Below, piece after piece: positions 10,130 through 23,556 of a DNA stretch of 64,000 nt (position 1 is the first letter of the stretch; every line of letters starts with the position of its first letter). Origin of the DNA: Asterias rubens (taxonomy: Eukaryota); NCBI RefSeq assembly GCF_902459465.1, contig NC_047069.1, forward strand, positions 16,864,001 through 16,928,000. Reading direction: 5' to 3'. The position numbers were made by a program, and so were the translations under genes. Below the pieces are notes generated by a model. The model was not told the origin of the DNA, did not search any database, and was given only the letters and a program-made list of their open reading frames with translations.

Positions 10130-13100
10130 GTAAGTTAATAATAATAGTAATAAACAGTTCTTATATAGCGCATGTTACAAAATAAAGTGATTGAAAAGAT
10201 GGGTTTTAAGTTTAGTAGATTTAAATGTTGGCCCACCTTGTTGAGCTGTTATGAATTAATGGCTCCGCTTTTAACAATAACAATAACATCGGTCTCATCA
10301 CTGTCACCATTACAGCCCACCTGCCATACATGTCTTAAACGCTAAGTTTTCAAAGGTCGCAAAATGCGTGGTAGTTTGATTGCAAATTTCTCCCATTTAA
10401 AAAAGTCCTATATCAGTCCGCGCAAAGTGCAGATAAGGCAACGTTGCATTATTGTGCAACGTTGAGTAGCAGAATTGAGAAACGTTGACGAATTGCACTA
10501 CTTCAAAGTTGCACTATTCTGCAACTCTTGCATTCAAACACAAAAAGGGAATCGAAAAAGGCTTTGTTGGAATAGTTAAAATCATATAATAGTATTGTAC
10601 AGTTCCTTACCCAACTTCCTATCTGTGCAAATCAAAAGGTTATCTGTGCGTTTTCGCGCAAATGGCTTTGAAAATCATCTCTCCACACTTGCCGTTCTGG
10701 AAAACTGCGACGCCATTTTACTGTGTCAGATTGGGTCCTACTAAAAGCCGACAACTCGCCGACAACGCCGACAACAAGTCGAGAGCGCCGACAACTCGCC
10801 GCTAACAAGTTTTAATTACCTTGAAAATTGCCAATATACCATAGATGTATTAGAACTATATGTGTTCTGTAATATAAACATAAATTTAATGGAAAAACTT
10901 CACGAAAAGTGTGAATTTTTAACCAGAAAAAAAACTGAACGTTCACGGAAAACGGTCGGACGCCATCTTGGCTTAAAATCGTGTTCGGACCACTCCATTA
11001 TGATGCGGGTGAGTCAGACTTAGCAATAGAGGGCGGGCGTCATGCACTGTGCACACTGCAGTGAAGGTCTTCACATGAAGCCCGCCCTCTGTTGTTGACA
11101 AGTGCTAAATCTACCCGTATCATAATGGTCTGGTCCAAACACAGTTTTTAAGCCAAGATGGCGTCCGACCGCTTTTCGTGCAAGTGAAGTTTTTTTCTGG
11201 TTAAAAATTCACACTTTTTGTGAAGTTTTTCCATTAACTTTATGTTTATATTACAGAACACATATAGTTCTAATACATCTATGGTTTATTGGCCATTTTT
11301 GAGGTAATTAAAACTTGTTGGCGGCGAGTTGTCGGCGCTCTGGACTTGTTGTCGGCGTTGTCGGCGAGTTGTCGGCTTTTAGTAGGACCGGTCAGATTGT
11401 ATCCTCGCCCAGCGGTGTGAATTTATGCAAGTTTAAAAACCACTCTTATTTTAACATTGTTTATAGTCAATACAAAATGATTACAGTTTTAAATTAAACT
11501 TAATATTTTTTATTGTAAAAATTTAATAAAATAAAAACTTTATTGATGTTAAGTTTTTAAATGTTTTGACGTGCCTGACCATTCATGAATTGCGCGAAAC
11601 ATAAACAGATGGCGGGAAACTTGGAAGAGCCTTGTAATACTATAGTAATAACTATTTTAGTAACTTTGCCCCTTGCCTTGGCTGAAGTAGTTTGGATAAC
11701 AAATTTTGTATGTAGACGAGAATTTCATATTACAGCAGGGAACCTAAGTAAATATAGTGACAACTTTGGCAAGAGTAGGCCTGTCTATGTCCAAGGGACT
11801 GTGGTTTGAAACTTGAGATCGGCCCGATGCCGGAATTTTTCATTTACGCCAGACAAGTTCGTTGTTGTGGACCCAAAATATTTTGGAGGTTGAGAGAGGG
11901 GGAGATGTGCAGGCGGGTCTCTTACTTAGCCATCCCGGCCCGTCCCATTGACATAATGGGAGACTTTCTGGGACGATAGAGGGCAGCAGACTTACCGGGT
12001 AAATCCATTGTTCTCAGAATTATGCGCATGTTCAGAACTACGTAAACAATGGAAATTTACCCGGTATGTCTGCTGCCGCCTAGCGTTGGAAAGTCTCCTA
12101 TTGATTTAAAACAGTAGATTGCAACCAAATGTAAACAAGTAAAAAGGAAGGTACAGTAATTATTTCGGAAATAAATAATTATTAATAAGCAATTATTTTA
12201 ATTGTGCAATCTTTGTTAAGTATGGCTACAAATTAAACATCAGTGATATAAAATAATTAATTTTGGTTTGTGCAATCTTTATTAATTAGGGCAGAACTAA
12301 ACTTGGTATATCCACTTTTCAACAAAAACGATTGGGCACGCCAATCAGCAGGAAGTTATGTACTAATTAGATGTCCTATTCAACATTCTGAACACACATG
12401 GTGGCAACATTTTATTAACTTGGTAAAAGTGTAACATTGTTGTAATTGCTGACTTCCATTTGATTTGAAAATCACATTTTTTGTTAATTTTTAAAGATTA
12501 CTAAGCTGTTTATTCAAGAAATGTTTTTCACTTTGATGTTTACTAAAATCCTAACTGGTACTAGAAAGTTCGATCACATCACCCCCATACTCTATAAACT
12601 ACACTGGCTACCTGTCAATCAGCGAGTTCAATTCAAAATCATCATACTCACATTCAAGGCACTACATGGTTCAGCTCCACCCTACATGCACGATCTATTG
12701 ACACACCGTACAACTAGACCAGGTCTAAGATCTATCAGAAATACGCTCCATGTTCCTCGAACTCGACTGGTCAGTTATGGGGACAGGGCTTACTCCAACA
12801 TAGCACCAAGACTCTGGAACTCACTTCCGGATTACCTCAGACAAATACACAACATCACTCTCTTCCAGCAGAAACTCAAAGCACACTTATTCTTGCTTGC
12901 TTTCCAACATATTGACAAAACTTGACCGGCGCCTTTGAATGTTTCTCCTTTTCAGTAAAGTGTGCCTTATAAATGCTGTAGTTTATTATGTTGCTCTCCA
13001 ACTCGACACCCATCTCAACACCCGTCTCCGACCGTCAATGTGACGCAGGCAACTTCTCGTCTCAACACAACGAAATCTTTGTGACTTTTGAGAATGGCAG

Positions 13101-16100
13101 TTTTTGTCTTCCATTTGAGCTCATTCAGCCATGAATTCATGGACGTCTTTCATTTTCATACACCACTTAGGAAACATGTCATAGAATTATTTCTTAATTA
13201 GTTGTATTGGTGAAATGTTTTACCTCATAGTTATGACGAATTGTTTAGGGGGGGACTTACTTTTGAATTGATATTTTGTTTGGAAGATCTTAGTTCCATA
13301 ATCTAGGAGAAGCATATTTGAAGGAGAGTCGACCGTAGAATTTTGTGTGAACTGGAATTGGCGTAAGAAAACCTTTTCAAACTGGAACAAAGTTGTTGGG
13401 GAGGGTGATACTGATACTGATTATGATACTGTTGAATTAATGCCTGGAGATATATTATAGTCTGGTGCTGATCCGTTTTTTGCAGTTAGATAGTCGCAAA
13501 TTACAGGATTATGGGCGGAGAATGAGAAGAGGGGAAGGAATGGGCAAAACAAATTTTCATAAACAAACGTTTTGCTTTTGAATGAAGTTTTGTTTGGCTT
13601 GGTTGGGGTTGGGCGTTAAATTTTGAATTGAAGTTTTGTTAGGTCTACATGAGATTAGTAATACTATATGGTGGCATGGTTGGCTTGCGCGTAAAGCGCT
13701 CGCCTCTCACCAAGGTGACCCCGGTTCGATTCGCGGCCGGGGCCATGTGAGTTTCTTTGTGAAATTGACCCCAGGTGACTTAAGGGACATAAACACGTAT
13801 TACAAGAAATAGGACTACCCTGACACTCTCGGATGACCCTCAGATCTCATTGGAAAAGTATGAAACGAAAGTATTGTCAAAACGATCTGAGTAGCCGACC
13901 TAGAGTAATAATATTATCACAGTCAAGGAACTGGTTACAAAACAAAACTGTTTTGACACTATCACAAATACCATGGTTGACGCAATGACTTAAACTTTGA
14001 GAATTGTTTTTATTTTCAGAGCCGATGGCACATTCAAGGTGAGTGGTGTTCCATCTGGATCTTATGTCGTTGAGGTTGCCAACCCAACATACATCTTTGA
14101 GCCGGCTAGAGTGGACATCACAGCCAAGGGCAAGATGCGAGCTCGGAAGGTCAACCATGTTCAGAGTAATGCAGTAGTCACTGTCCCATACCCAATGCGG
14201 TTCAAATCTAAACAACACGCCTCGTACTTTCAGAAACGTGAAGAATTCAGGATAACTGACATGCTTAAAAACCCAATGGTAAGATAAAAACTTATTCTGG
14301 TTGATGAGTCTTTTTTCTCTCTTATTATTTTAGTGCCATTTAAAAACTGAACATCACTTTAGCAGTAATGAAGTTTGATGACTGAATGGACACCCTTTTT
14401 TGGGGCGTTTGTGAATGTTACCATGCCAGTGAAAGCCCATTTTTAATTGATACTATGATTTCCACCTGTTCCTTTTTCATTATCTGTCTCTACATTAGGT
14501 ACTCATGATGGTGCTGCCACTTCTGTTTATTGCCGTTTTACCCAAACTCATAAATACACAGGATCCAGAGGTTCAAAAGGTAAGTTGAACTGAAATCTTT
14601 GACATGTAGGCCTGACGTCAGGTCTGTGAAATGAAAACTGTTTCTAGCACTCGGGATGATGTCTTCATTAACTGTTGGTTTTCTCTGAATATTCTTTACA
14701 AAAGAGTATATTTTAGTACCTGTGTGTAAGCTTCCCCAGGAATGAAATACTACCAAGTACACAATGAATGGGAACACTTTCAATTTGTAGGCAGCTTTTC
14801 CAAACAATTTTTGGTTGCAACTAAAACCACATAGCGGTAAAAGTGTTTCATGATGTGAGTGAACATACCATGTAGTCTTATTGGCCCATTTCACCTGACG
14901 TCATCATATAAAAAAACTTGAATGTGCTATACTGGTGGGCAATTTCACTGTGCATTTTTACATAACTCTATGATGTGCGTTATGCAGTGAAAGTGCGCAT
15001 TTTAGGCGACGCAGCATTAATACACGTAAACCTAACTTGCCCACCAACATGGTGAGTGCGGATCAGTAGCCGCGTGTGACGCGTGTGCAAGGGGTCAATA
15101 GTGGATTTTTTCAATTCAATCAAATTTGTATCAAAAATGGGCCAACATACATCATAGAGCAAGGACCTCTATGTCTACATGTACCTATTTTTCTGTCCAT
15201 TATTTGATTCCACTTTGATTGATAGTGTATAAATAGTGTATGACTTGTATTTGTACATTATAATGACACATCTGAACTACTGTATATAACAAATGGAATC
15301 ACTATGGCCAGTTACAATGTACATGTACGTAGGCACCTCCTTGATATTTGAAATATAATTGCTATTACCACTATAATTAGTTTTTATCCTTACTCCGATT
15401 ATCACATTGCTATTATTTCATTGCTATAATGTTCCCTCATACCATTCATCTACATGTTACATGTACAGTGTATTGCATGTAAAACAAAATAATTTCAAAA
15501 TCTTTTCCCCGTAAAGATTACATTGCATTTTTGAAGTTAGGTTATATCAATGTTTCCCATTGGCTGGTTTATTTCTGTGTTATATTTATTTATTACCATA
15601 CTTGATAAAACAAACAATCTAGGCCAGCCAATCAAGCCAGCAGCCAGTGGCCAAAGTTATGTACTAGGCATTTAAGATGACTGGACCACCGGTCACAACA
15701 ATGTAAACATTATTTTATGTTGGCTGCACCTGTTTTTGCTAAGCAATATTTTCCAGTGGTGCAAAGGTGGTCATGAGTTAAAAGTGGAGTGGAAAGCAAT
15801 TGAAAGGAACATGCTGCCTTGGATCGGCCGAGCTGGTCTTTGAAAAGCATTTGTAGCCGTTTGATATAAAACGCATATGGGTAGAAAGATGTTTTAAAAG
15901 TAAAATACAATGATCCACACAAACATGCCCCAAAATTGCCAGGTTTACTTTTACCTCGTCGACTAACACGGTCAGCCATTTATGTGAGTCCATTTTTTGA
16001 CTCGCATAAATGGCCGACTGTGTGTGTTCGAAAAGTAAAAGGAAAACCGTGCAATTTCGAGGCAAATTTGTGTGGCTCATTGATTATACTTTTAAAACAT

Positions 16101-17061
16101 CTCTCTAACCATATGCATTTTATAACAAGTGGTTAAAAACAATTTTTATAGACCAACTCGTCCGACCCAAGGCAACGTGTTCCTTTAAATGGAACATTCC
16201 CGAGCTTCACATTTTACTGACTGAAAATATTCTCTCCATAACATGAATGTAGTTTATATCACATTTATGATCCTTGTTATTGGAGGACAAAACTATGTAA
16301 ATAGTACAAACTGTACAAAACTTTAGCCTGGTATCCACTGTAAATGGGTTTTTATATATTGTTGTAGGCCTATGTAATGTATGGTGTGATCTATTTGCAA
16401 TAGTACAGGCACTAATAGCCTTAAGCTTTTGGTAAAGTATTCTACCGGGCTATTCAACTGCTAAATGTAGGCCTAGCGTATCTTTCTAATTTATAAATGA
16501 TAGGTACAATGTATCACAACCACTTTATTGGTTAAGTTACATCATGGAGGTAGGGTTACATTCACACACCCTGTCACTCAAAATAAATTAGCTCATTGTT
16601 TAAGATGATTATTCACGTCTAAAAAGAAATAAATATGAGCATTATAAACAAGTAGGTTGCAAAGTTTTAAAAGCCCACAGGGCAAGTTGAGATGCAGTGT
16701 TTTACTGTCACAGTAAAAGCATTATGGAACTAAGTACCCCAATACTTGGTTTACAACAGAAACTATATGAAAATCTCCTACAGACTATAAATACTATTTA
16801 TCTTACTTGGGTAATGACATTTAGCCTTTCGAGAAAGACTCTGCTAGGGTCGAAACGTCAGGCCATCGTTGAGAAGTAAATCCTGAATAATGACTGATAT
16901 CAATCATTTTTCCGCTGCAGGAGATGATGAATATGAACTTGATGAATCCCAAAACTGAAATGCCAGATTTATCCGAAATGGCTGCCAGAATGTTTGGCGG
17001 AGGAAACTCGGCTGCTACGAAGAAAAAAGAGAAGACGACCAAGACTAAGAAATTAAAGTAG
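9939..17061 (+). CDS. EMC7: ER membrane protein complex subunit 7; exons 9939-10129, 14020-14278, 14499-14579, 16921-17061 (672 nt, 223 aa)
   Basis: Signal peptide, then VEGKV..TRILVDGGQYVGFLRADGTF..VPSGSYVVEV..RVDITAKGKMRAR..PYP..YFQKRE..NPM VLMMVLPLL(TM)..NTQDPEVQKEM..MPDLSE; matches the recalled EMC7/DUF2012 sequence; all GT-AG, phases 2,0,0. Confidence 0.96.
10734..11389. mobile_element. Foldback (MULE-like) non-autonomous DNA transposon, 656 bp
   Basis: About 300-bp inverted arms GGTCCTACTAAAAGCCGACAAC / GTTGTCGGCTTTTAGTAGGACC; flanked by GTCAGATTG at 10725-10733 and 11391-11399. Confidence 0.85.
11955..12102. mobile_element. Short palindromic MITE
   Basis: GGGAGACTTTC..GGCAGCAGACTTACCGGGTAAAT / ATTTACCCGGTATGTCTGCTGCC..GAAAGTCTCC. 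Confidence 0.75.
12548..12990 (+). mobile_element. L2/CR1-type LINE 3' end (ORF2 C-terminus and tail)
   Basis: Encodes RKFDHITPILYKLHWLPVNQRVQFKI..YGDRAYSNIAPRLWNSLP..KLKAHLF. Confidence 0.88.
13200..13620 (-). mobile_element. Very decayed LINE 3' fragment
   Basis: Minus-strand translation includes FYGRLSFKYASPRLWN*DLP. Confidence 0.4.
13668..13765 (+). mobile_element. tRNA-derived SINE head fragment
   Basis: GCTCGCCTCTCACCAAGGTGACCCCGGTTCGATTCGCGG with a B-box-like GGTTCGATTC. Confidence 0.55.
14020..14278 (+). CDS. EMC7: EMC7 exon 2
   Basis: TTTTCAG acceptor; donor ATG/GTAAGA. Confidence 0.95.
14499..14579 (+). CDS. EMC7: EMC7 exon 3 (TM helix)
   Basis: Encodes VLMMVLPLLFIAVLPKLINTQDPEVQK; donor GTAAGT. 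Confidence 0.93.
15801..16188. mobile_element. TTAA MITE family F (AGGAAC termini, palindromic)
   Basis: AAGGAACATGCTGCCTTGGATCGG / CCGACCCAAGGCAACGTGTTCCTTTAA. Confidence 0.8.
16921..17061 (+). CDS. EMC7: EMC7 exon 4 (last coding exon)
   Basis: Encodes EMMNMNLMNPKTEMPDLSEMAARMFGG...KLK-TAG. Confidence 0.92.
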   Translation, partial: EMMNMNLMNPKTEMPDLSEMAARMFGGGNSAATKKKEKTTKTKKLK

Positions 17062-17860
17062 CCGAAATTATCGATGCAGTCTGGAGTAAAAAATAAAGGG
17101 TGGGGATGGGGGGGGGGGGGGGGCTTGGGTAAATAATGTTATAGAATTTGGCAAAACATTTGGGTATCTTCATGTGACAGTGAAATTGAAATTTAAGTTA
17201 ACCCAGGTGAAAGCCACATCCAAAGAGTGACTTTGGCTGCGTCTTCTACAATGTTGAAGAGTAAGACCATTCAGCCATAGCCACTATCTGCCCTGGCCCA
17301 TATTACAAATATGTAAGGAATTTGAAAAAATGTTGCCATCATGGATTACTTGGTTGGTTTTTGCTTTATACGAGCCTCATAATCCATGGTTATCAACAAT
17401 CAAAATAAACTTATTTAACCATTTTGCTATCGATTTTTATCCAAACCAACATTGTTACAGTAATATGTCAGTAAATTGAATATTGAATATTTATATTGGG
17501 ATCCATTTAAAACTGGCATCATCCTTCTGTCATTTGAATTGAGAACCTGATTAGATCATATTTTACACTGAACCCAAAAGTTGTTCAGTGATATACAGCC
17601 AATCAGATGATTTCATTGTTTCTCCACTCTTTTTTCAGTACCTAAGAAAATGGGAAATTGTTGCCGCTGGGTGCTTATTTAGGAGTTTCATAAATTCAAC
17701 TTGAAGTAATACACTTCTGAATATAACTTTATATTTTACTTGCACCTTTTTCCTTACAATGTATTTATGAAAGGCACTTTATGACCTTGAGTTGGGTATT
17801 AATTGTGTATCTTTGATTCTCTTAGTCTAAGTATGGCAGGTAGGTAATGGGATTGTGCCT

Positions 17861-18097
17861 TTAAAGGCAGTGGACACTATTGGTAATAACTCAAAATATT
17901 TATTAGCATAAAACCTTTCTTGGTAACGAGTAATGGGGAGAGGTTGATAGTATAAAACATTGTGAGAAACGGCTCCCTCTGAAGTAATGTAGTTTTCGAG
18001 AAAGAAGTAATTTTCCACGAATTTGATTTTGATACCTCAGATTTAGAATTTGAGGTCTCGAAATCAAGCATCTGAAAGCGTCTGTCCATGTCTTTAA
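17861..18097. mobile_element. TTAA MITE family A, internally deleted
   Basis: TTAAAGGCAGTGGACACTATTGG ... GTCCATGTCTTTAA. Confidence 0.85.
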
Positions 18098-18910
18098 TGA
18101 TACAACATTAGCATTTAGTTCACAGTCAGAGAGTGTCATGGGAATGATATTTGGCTATAAGGCCATCATAGATTTGTCCAAGCATTTTTGCCATTTTGAA
18201 AAATGCTTGTGCCTCTACCTATTTGTTTTCCAAAGGGCAAATCTGCGGTAGGCCTATAGTGAAATATCTTTTTCATGTTATACTCTTGACTTTGAGGCAA
18301 ATTCCATACTTGTAGTATCCAAAGCACAATGCTCCCAAACATCTGCCCCAACTGTGTGTAAAACTAGTCCTTTGTCTTCTAGCCCGTGCTCTTCAAACTA
18401 AAATTGGCTAAGTAAACATTTTTCAGGGAAGCTTACTAAAAGCGTTTCAGGTAAATTTGTTTATCTGTTGGAAACCTTTAATAGCGTACATGTATACAGA
18501 AATGGATGTCAATTAATTTAGCTAAAATAATTTTCATTTTTCCCATCATTTTATGGCTGTGTTTGATTTTAATGTTATTTACTGTACAAATTGATGAGTT
18601 GTTTATGAATTTTTGTTCTCGTGAAAAATATAAAGGAAATTTTGTAAGTGGTGAAAAAAGTGGTACATTGAATTTGTTTTTTATTGAACTGCCTTTGAGT
18701 AATGCACAAAATCCCAAATGCTAACTGTACATGTAGGATACTACATATAACTGCAGGATAGTCGAACACCTGCAGCCAATTTCAGGAACGCTAGGATTAA
18801 TCCTATCTCGAGCTAAACTTAGGATGGGTTCAATGTTTCTAATGTCTATGGTTACGAAACTTCACTCGTCTGAGTTAGGAAGATTGAAATCGACAGCTGG
18901 TCCCTGTTCC

Positions 18911-19347
18911 TTTGAGTTGTGTACAAATTGTGCCCTTGGAAGTCCAGGCTTTGTGGCTCTTTGAGCTGTGTACAAATTGTGCCTGCATGGAGTCCAGGCT
19001 TTGTGGCTCTTTGAGCTGTGTACAAATTGTGCCTGCATGGAGTCCAGGCTCTGTGGCTCTTTGAGCTGTGTACAAATTATGCCTGCATGAAGTCCAGGCT
19101 TTGTGGCTCTTTGAGCTGTGTAGAAATTATGCCTGCATGAAGTCCAGGCTCTGTGGCTCTTTGAGCTGTGTACAAATGGTGCCTGCAGGAAGTCCAGGCT
19201 CTGTGGCTCTTTGAGCTGTGTACTAATTGAGCCTGCATGAAGTCCAGGCTTTATGGCTCTTTGAGCTGTGTAGAAATTGAGCCTGCATGAAGTCCAGGCT
19301 CTGTGGCTCTTTGAGCTGTGTACAAATTGTGCCTGCAGGAAGTCCGG
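18911..19347. repeat. Minisatellite, 50-bp unit, about 8.7 copies
   Basis: TTGAGCTGTGTACAAATTGTGCCTGCATGGAGTCCAGGCTTTGTGGCTCT at 18961, 19011, 19061 ... 19311. Confidence 0.95.
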
Positions 19348-19596
19348 GGTATTTTTTTACTTATGTGTTAGGTTTATTGTCTAAGTAAATCATGACAATT
19401 TTTTACATTATGTGTTTATGGTCTACATAAAACACGACTTCTTGTAAGCAACTGTACAAAAGATCATAAAGCAACTCAGTTGCAAGATGGGGAACTCCAA
19501 CTGAAATGTGAAGTACAGATTAACAACAGATCAGTGCAAAAAAGTGCTTCAAGTTTTAACATTTTGATTTTCACTTGCCAAGGAACAAATCAATGT

Positions 19597-19940
19597 GGCG
19601 TGTCATGGCCGAGCGGTTTCAGTTCACTGGACCCAAGCTCTTGTGTTGTCGACAGCAGAGTGAAGGGGTTTTAATCCCTGTTATATGTTGCTGGAGCAAG
19701 GCACTTGAATATAATTGCTTCATTTTGGAAAGTGGTGCATTCTGCTCTACCAGCTAGGCTCCTAGTGGATGGCCCAAGGAGTAACTGATTCTGGTTGACA
19801 GCCCAATCCCGTTAAGTGTAGCCCACACCTTGAAGTGGCCATCCAGCCTTGTGATGTTTGGCAATACCTCATTAATAGTGCATTGATATGGTTATTGTGA
19901 AATGCGCTATGTATGAATTGTTGTTATTATTATTATTATT
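19597..19940 (+). mobile_element. tRNA-derived SINE, divergent family, (ATT)n tail
   Basis: Head GTGTCATGGCCGAGCGG; tail GCGCTAT...TTATTATTATT. Confidence 0.7.
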
Positions 19941-20734
19941 TAAATAAATATGAAATTCTAAGGAAGAAAGTAAAATATGACACCAGTAGTTTGTGTACCA
20001 TATCGTTTCCATTTATTATAGTGTTTTACATCTTACTGACAACAAACTAATACAAAATACAACTCTGGCCTAAATATCGTGGCACTGTTTTATTACTGTA
20101 ATAATCCTACCATCTCTGTGCCACAAATAATCTTAAGATGTTACTTCTTAGTTACATGAAGAAGCCACATGAAGAAGCAGGTACCACAGTCTGACCCATA
20201 AAACACACTAAACAAGTTTAACACATTTTCTACTGAATAGAGTTACTTTCCTTTATGCTTAATTTATAACCACAAAAAATGCTTACGTAAAATGTACATC
20301 TCTTGTACGGACTATGCTTACAGAAAGCTAAGCTTTTTGCGGTGGACTTATTCCTAACACTTAAAATTACATGGCAAAGCACACATTTCTTTAAACTTTT
20401 TATTTCTTATTTATTTATTTTTTCCATTTTTTTCCCCCGATAAAATGTGAATAAAGGGATAAATAATTGCATCTTGATAACTTATATTGATTGCTGTTTC
20501 CCTTAAGTATGTTAAGCACTGTACACTCTGTGCTTTTCCAGTTTTTGGCAAACAAACAAACAAATCACAGGCTACTTGTACCAATGGCCCCGATTCTCAA
20601 CTCTTTTAACAAACAAAATTAGCAAACATTTAAGGACCTCTGCTAATTGTCCCATATCAAATTAAGTCATGCCAAGTTAAAATTTTCCTTGGGCTACCGT
20701 AAAGGCTTTTTCATACACAATATCAACCTCTGCC

Positions 20735-20850
20735 CTTGTAATAATAATAATAATAATAAGACTTGTAATGCGCACATATCCACCCTGCTGGGTGTTCAAG
20801 GCGCAACCATTTCATACCTCTGGGTGAAGAGAAGCAATTATAGTAAAGCA
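20735..20850 (-). mobile_element. SINE 3' fragment
   Basis: (AAT)n tract followed by a segment matching the reverse complement of the SINE core ATAATTGCTTCTCT(T/C)CACCCAG. Confidence 0.55.
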
Positions 20851-21813
20851 TTTTCTGTCATTTTGTTTATCAGTCATTCATGGGCCACCATTCCCTCATC
20901 TTCAGCCTTTCCTACTAGAAAACCCAAGATCTAATCTGGGACTTTTTCTATACTTAGTTGTTCAAGAGACAATCATGTATCTCAAGATGTTGTACAGAGT
21001 GCCACAATACTCTGGTGTTGCAATGCCTACCCCAACCCCTAACCTACCTGCTTGGTCCATTCATGGCCAAGAGCTATATCAACTTTCACTAAAACATTAA
21101 GTAGATCGAAATCCAAGTGACGTACCTACCAATACAAGTTATGGTATCCAAATAACAATCCACTAAATAATTAAACTAACATGCAGGTAAATAACTAACT
21201 CCCAAAATTTAATCAGATTAAGGGACGACTCTGTAAAGCTTTGCCTGTGACAAAGTGATGTAGCATATCCAATGTTGCCCCCTTCCAGGCATGTCACACA
21301 TAGTGTCTGATATGTAAGTTGTTAGTTACATAAGGTGTGCACAGCATAATTGAGCCATGCACTTGACAACAAGATGGAGGTACTCTTGAATCATTCAAAT
21401 GAATGTTAATGTAGGTAGAGCTTGGACAGTGATGGGGCATCTCATTTAAATACATGAATATTCAAACATCAATAAGCAGTTGTCCAGAAAGAGGAGTGGC
21501 TTTGCATCATATCAAAGTGAAACTATAGTCACATAAACATGTTGCTCATTAAAACATAATGTGATAAATTACAAAACACAGATTCCCTTAAATGATTTAA
21601 CGTGATACATCTAATTACAAGTAGTCGGCCACATTGAAGTTTTCAAACACAACAGCTTAACCTTGCTTGGTTAGGACCCAAACTGCTATTTCACATCTGT
21701 AACCTAAACATAAACAGTGATGCAATGTACATAAAATATCTCTTTTAACTCGGTGCCGACTCTGACAGGAACATTCTGGTGTAATGACTCAATGTTTTGA
21801 TCAGTATGCTCTG

Positions 21814-22091
21814 GGCCTAATTTCATAGAGCTGCTTCAGCACAAAATTTTGCTTAAGCAAAAATATCCTTGCTTAGTAAAATTAGATTACCGGCCAAGAC
21901 TCCACTCAATTGTTATGCTAAGTGGCCAAAATTTCATGCCATATACATTGCTTATGACTAGAATTTAGCTGTTGTTTACTTAGCATAACAATTGAGTGGA
22001 GTCTTGGCCGGTAATCTGATTTTACTAACCAATTAATTTTTTGCTTTTAAAAGCAAAATTTTGTGCCTAAGCAGCTCTATGAAATTGGGCT
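21814..22091. mobile_element. GGCC-ended MITE (PIF/Harbinger-like), CTG target duplication
   Basis: GGCCTAATTTCATAGAGCTGCT / AGCAGCTCTATGAAATTGGGCT; CTG on both flanks; long internal palindrome; relatives near 22780, 28925, 47705, 53290 and 53508. Confidence 0.8.
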
Positions 22092-23250
22092 CTGAACAGA
22101 TTAATCTTCTAGTCTTTATACAGAAGTTTTTCTCTCATTTTGATTCTGATCTTGTTCAATAAATGTGGTAGATTTTCATCCCAAATTCAAGCCTTGATAT
22201 AAATTAGCTTCACTAGCAACTCAAACAATGCATGATATACACAATAATCATCCCACCATTAATGAACTCTTTTGGGATTTCTACCTGCTCAGATATTCAA
22301 CTACAACTTTGTCAAATTATCTCTCCTTTAAATAAAACAATACCAACATGCTGGATGATTATTTTTAAACATGGTAAATGTGGTTTAAAGTGGCAAATGT
22401 GTCAAAAACATGCGACTTGTGTTGTTTTTAAAACCTTTTCAATATAAATACCACAAAACAATAAATAAAGGTGATTAAACAATAACCTCACTAAGTGATC
22501 TTACAATAATCTTAAGTATTGAAAATACATGAGAAGAATAATTTTGTTTTAGATCTTTCCCCCAATTTTCTCTAAGAAACACAATTTCGTTTATTTTCAT
22601 TTTAAAAAAAGTCTCCAATACCTGCTAGTCTTTGTGGGCACTTGATTCCTGGGTCGCACATATCATTCAAATCTTTAAAAAGTGCCGGAGAACATGTTGA
22701 CCACTTATTAATTGGAATTAGTGTAGAGATTCATAATGAGAAAAAAATCAAGGCAAGTTCAGTTCACCGACAGACCAAAGCCGATTTTATAGAGCTGCTT
22801 GATGGCAGACTTTGTGCTTACTGAAATATTTATTTCTGTTGCTTACGGTAAGCAAACAAAAGATGTACCACATAAATCTATGGTGAAGGCACAAGCTAGC
22901 CACCTTACTTTCTTGCTTACCTATGAAATACGCTTGAGTGACGTTTCCTGCTGAAGTAAGCAGAAGAATGTGCTTACCATTAAGAAGCTCTCAGAAACAA
23001 GCCCCCAGTGCTACAACTACTTCTATGCCACCATTCCACCATTGTGGTCTTTTGAGGAAATGAAATTAAAAATCATTAACAGAGCGCTGTCTTTAGGCCC
23101 CTAGTGATCCTGGCACAGTGCAGAGGACCAAATAGAGGCTTGGTGAAAAACAAATAGTCTGGTTACTTTTAAGGACTGTTTATATCCGTATTGATCACTA
23201 ATACCAATATGAAAGGAACAAGACAATGGAGATTATGAAGTATTAAAGTC

Positions 23251-23544
23251 CACAGAGTTATATATAAGAACTAGAGGGCGCACGAGTGATGCTTCGTGCA
23301 CAAACGCCACGGGACCGCAAGATGACAAGCACGTCATTCTGCACGCGCGCCGAATATGAAATACACGTTTGAGTTTTTTTTTATTGAACGCTCACGCGAT
23401 GCTGTTTGTTCAACTTACAAAATGGCCGCACAAACACATGCTGTGAGATAGCTGTTTTGTCAACTTAGAAAATGGCCGCCTGCTCGCATACCGGGGCGCG
23501 TATATAGGCCAGTGCGCCCTCTAGTTCTTATATTTAACTCTATG
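23251..23544. mobile_element. CA...TG MITE, 294 bp, 9-bp TSD ATTAAAGTC, in the ATRX 3' UTR
   Basis: TIR CACAGAGTTATATATAAGAACTAGAGGGCGCAC / GTGCGCCCTCTAGTTCTTATATTTAACTCTATG; ATTAAAGTC at 23242-23250 and 23545-23553. Confidence 0.88.
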
Positions 23545-23556
23545 ATTAAAGTCCCA

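Noticed and set aside
17827-18139. Recurrent short ORFs (e.g. [10 protein letters not shown]..., ...RPQILNLRS...) as a gene family
   Set aside because: All are translations of non-coding MITE family A copies
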